The position numbers and the translations under genes are program-made. Shown here piece by piece: positions 60,944 to 64,000 of a stretch of DNA of 64,000 nucleotides (its first letter is position 1; every line of letters begins with the position of its first letter). Source of the stretch: Squalus acanthias (Eukaryota); contig CM059438.1 of the NCBI GenBank assembly GCA_030390025.1, positions 47,864,001 to 47,928,000 of the forward strand, written 5' to 3'. The notes below the pieces were generated by a model, which saw only the letters and a program-made list of their open reading frames with translations, did no database searches and was not told the DNA's origin.

Positions 60944-61710
60944 TATTTATTTATTCGTTTATGGGATGTGGGCATCGCTGGCAAGGCCAGCATTTATTGC
61001 CCATCCCTAATTGCCCTCGAGAAGGTGGTGGAGAGCTGCCTTCTTGAACTGCTGCAGTCCGTGTGGTGAAGGTACTCCCACAGTTCTGTTAGGGAGGGAG
61101 TTCCAGGATTTTGACCCAGCGACGATGAAGGATCGGCGATACACTTCTAAGTCAGGATGGTGTGTGACTTGGAGGGGAACTTGGAGGTGGTGGTGTTCCC
61201 ATGCGCCTGCTGCCCTTGTCCTTCTAGGTGGAAGAGGTCGCGGGTTTGGGAGGTGCTGCCGAAGAAGCCTTGGCGAGTTGCTGCAGTGCATCTTGTAGAT
61301 GGTACACACTGCAGCCACGGTACGCCGGTGGTGGAGGGAATGAATGTTTAAGGTGGTAGATGGGGTGCCAATCAAGCGGGCTGCTTTGTCCTGTATGGTG
61401 TCGAGCTTCTTGAGTGTTGTTGGAGCTGCACTCATCCAGGCAAGTGGAGAGTATTCCATCACACTCCTTACTTGTGCCTTGTAGATGGTAGAAAGGCTTT
61501 GGGGACACACGAGGTGAGACACTCGCCGCAGAATACCTAGCCTCTGACCTGCTCTTGCTGCCACGGTATTTGTGAGGCTGGTCCAGTTAAGTTTCTGGTC
61601 AATGGTGACCCCCAGGATGTTGATGGTGGGGGATTCAGTGATGGTAATGCCATTGAATGTCAAGGGGCGGTGGTTAGACTCTCGCTTGTTGGAGATAGTC
61701 ATTGCTTGGC
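60944..61710 (-). mobile_element. CR1/L2-group LINE 3' fragment (clade not resolved)
   Basis: ORF 61007-61828 INILGVTIDQKLNW...IYKAQVRSVMEYSPLAW...LDTIQDKAARLI...SWNSLP; (AAAT)n tail. Confidence 0.9.
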
Positions 61711-61966
61711 TACCGCAACAGTAGTCCAAAATCAAAACCCCAGCGTTCACTTGCCTTCTCGGCTTCAATGCAAACGACTTCAAAGCACGAAACAGTGACA
61801 GTAGCCAGCACAGGGACACCAGTCTCAAGGCTCCCTTACCAGGGTCTTACCTATGACTAGACAGTCAATCGGTCAGGCTCAAGCTGGGCCGCCCCGGCTG
61901 AGTGAGACCCACGTTTAGGAACCAGTGGCACAAAGAGCTCCAGTGACACCAATAGAAAAGAAGCTC

Positions 61967-64000
61967 GAGAGTGAGGTGATCGACGGAGGGACACCAGAGT
62001 GAGTGAAGTGATCGACGGAGGGACACCAGAGAGAGAGTGAAGTGATCGACGGAGGGACACCAGAGTGAGAGTGAAGTGATCGACACCAGAGTGAGAGTGA
62101 AGTGATCGACACCAGAGTGAGAGTGAAGTGATCGACACCAGAGTGAGAGTGAAGTGATCGACACCAGAGTGAGAGTGACGTGATCGACACCAGAGAGAGA
62201 GTGAAGTGATCGACGGAGGGACGCCAGAGAGAGAGTGACGTGATCGACGGAGGGACGCCAGAGTGAGAGTGACGTGATCGACGGAGGGACGCCAGAGTGA
62301 GAGTGACGTGATCGACGGAGGGACGCCAGAGTGAGAGTGACGTGATCGACGGAGGGACGCCAGAGTGAGAGTGAAGTGATCGACGGAGGGACGCCAGAGA
62401 GAGAGTGACGTGATCGACGGAGGGACGCCAGAGTGAGAGTGACGTGATCGACGGAGGGACGCCAGAGTGAGAGTGAAGTGATCGACAGAGGGACGCCAGA
62501 GTGAGAGTGAAGTGATCGACGGAGGGACGCCAGAGAGAGTGACGTGATCGACACCAGAGTGAGAGTGACGTGATCGACACCAGAGTGAGAGTGAAGTGAT
62601 CGACACCAGAGTGAGAGTGAAGTGATCGACACCAGAGTGAGAGTGAAGTGATCGACACCAGAGTGAGAGTGAAGTGATCGACACCAGAGTGAGAGTGAAG
62701 TGATCGACACCAGAGTGAGAGTGACGTGATCGACACCAGAGTGAGAGTGACGTGATCGACACCAGAGTGAGAGTGACGTGATCGACACCAGAGTGAGAGT
62801 GACGTGATCGACACCAGAGTGAGAGTGACGTGATCGACACCAGAGTGAGAGTGACGTGATCGACACCAGAGTGAGAGTGACGTGTTCGACACCAGAGTGA
62901 GAGTGACGTGTTCGACACCAGAGTGAGAGTGACGTGATCGACACCAGAGTGAGAGTGACGTGATCGACACCAGAGTGAGAGTGACGTGATCGACACCAGA
63001 GTGAGAGTGAAGTGATCGACACCAGAGTGAGAGTGAAGTGATCGACGGAGGGATGCCAGAGTGAGTGAAATGATCGACGGAGGGACGCCAGAGAGAGAGT
63101 GACGTGATCGACACCAGAGTGAGAGTGACGTGATCGACACCAGAGTGAGAGTGACGTGATCGACACCAGAGTGAGAGGGACGTGATCGACACCAGAGTGA
63201 GAGTGAAGTGATCGACACCAGAGTGAGAGTGAAGTGATCGACGGAGGGACACCAGAGTGAGAGTGACGTGATCGACACCAGAGTGAGAGTGACGTGATCG
63301 ACACCAGAGTGAGAGTGACGTGATCGACGTCAGAGTGAGAGTGACGTGATCGACACCAGAGTGAGAGTGACGTGATCGACACCAGAGTGAGAGTGACGTG
63401 ATCGACACCAGAGTGAGAGTGACGTGATCGACACCAGAGTGAGAGTGACGTGATCGACACCAGAGTGAGAGTGACGTGATCGACACCAGAGTGAGAGTGA
63501 CGTGATCGACACCAGAGTGAGAGTGACGTGTTCGACACCAGAGTGAGAGTGACGTGTTCGACACCAGAGTGAGAGTGACGTGATCGACACCAGAGTGAGA
63601 GTGACGTGATCGACACCAGAGTGAGAGTGACGTGATCGACACCAGAGTGAGAGTGAAGTGATCGACACCAGAGTGAGAGTGAAGTGATCGACGGAGGGAT
63701 GCCAGAGTGAGTGAAATGATCGACGGAGGGACGCCAGAGAGAGAGTGACGTGATCGACACCAGAGTGAGAGTGACGTGATCGACACCAGAGTGAGAGTGA
63801 CGTGATCGACACCAGAGTGAGAGGGACGTGATCGACACCAGAGTGAGAGTGAAGTGATCGACACCAGAGTGAGAGTGAAGTGATCGACGGAGGGACACCA
63901 GAGTGAGAGTGACGTGATCGACACCAGAGTGAGAGTGACGTGATCGACACCAGAGTGAGAGTGACGTGATCGACGTCAGAGTGAGAGTGAAGTGATCGAC
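61967..64000. repeat. 26-bp satellite (34-bp variant units) with 646-bp higher-order duplication; runs off window
   Basis: Unit GAGTGAGAGTGACGTGATCGACACCA, variant with a GGAGGGAC insert; rare variants GGATGCC at 63051/63697 and CGACGTC at 63325/63971 are 646 bp apart. Confidence 0.97.

Noticed and set aside
61857-63950. Long ORFs of 206-677 aa on the minus strand
   Set aside because: They are translations of the 26-bp satellite, open in several frames only because the unit lacks minus-strand stops.
58175-64000. A further upstream RTKN2 exon
   Set aside because: I found no segment translating to the expected rhotekin sequence; it probably lies beyond the window.

Overview
Eukaryotic, intron-rich vertebrate genomic DNA. 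The repeat content (Deu-domain SINEs, CR1, L2, RTE and Penelope-type fragments) points to a cartilaginous fish; this is an inference. The window holds the 3' halves of two convergent genes. ARID5B is on + with four coding exons (2533-2585, 6775-6872, 19730-19928, 31206-33386) and a 3'UTR to about 35530. RTKN2 is on - with four coding exons (58174-58043, 56038-55873, 54168-54061, 50175-49637). All splice sites are GT-AG and the phases join into open frames. Apart from these exons and decayed LINE fragments, the listed ORFs look spurious. There is no CRISPR array, rRNA or true tRNA gene, and I found no clearly new protein-coding system. Items worth following up: (1) a 2.4-kb, 31-bp satellite with a 403-bp higher-order repeat that expanded inside one arm of a fold-back element; (2) a minimal type I hammerhead ribozyme in a Penelope-type end, plus a degenerate second copy; (3) a ~300-bp direct repeat with a 70/71-identical core bracketing the ARID5B terminal exon; (4) six Pumilio elements in the ARID5B 3'UTR; (5) a 26-bp array of TGACGTGA motifs in an RTKN2 intron; (6) several TIR- or TSD-bounded miniature DNA transposons. 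Repeat boundaries were read by eye and are approximate.
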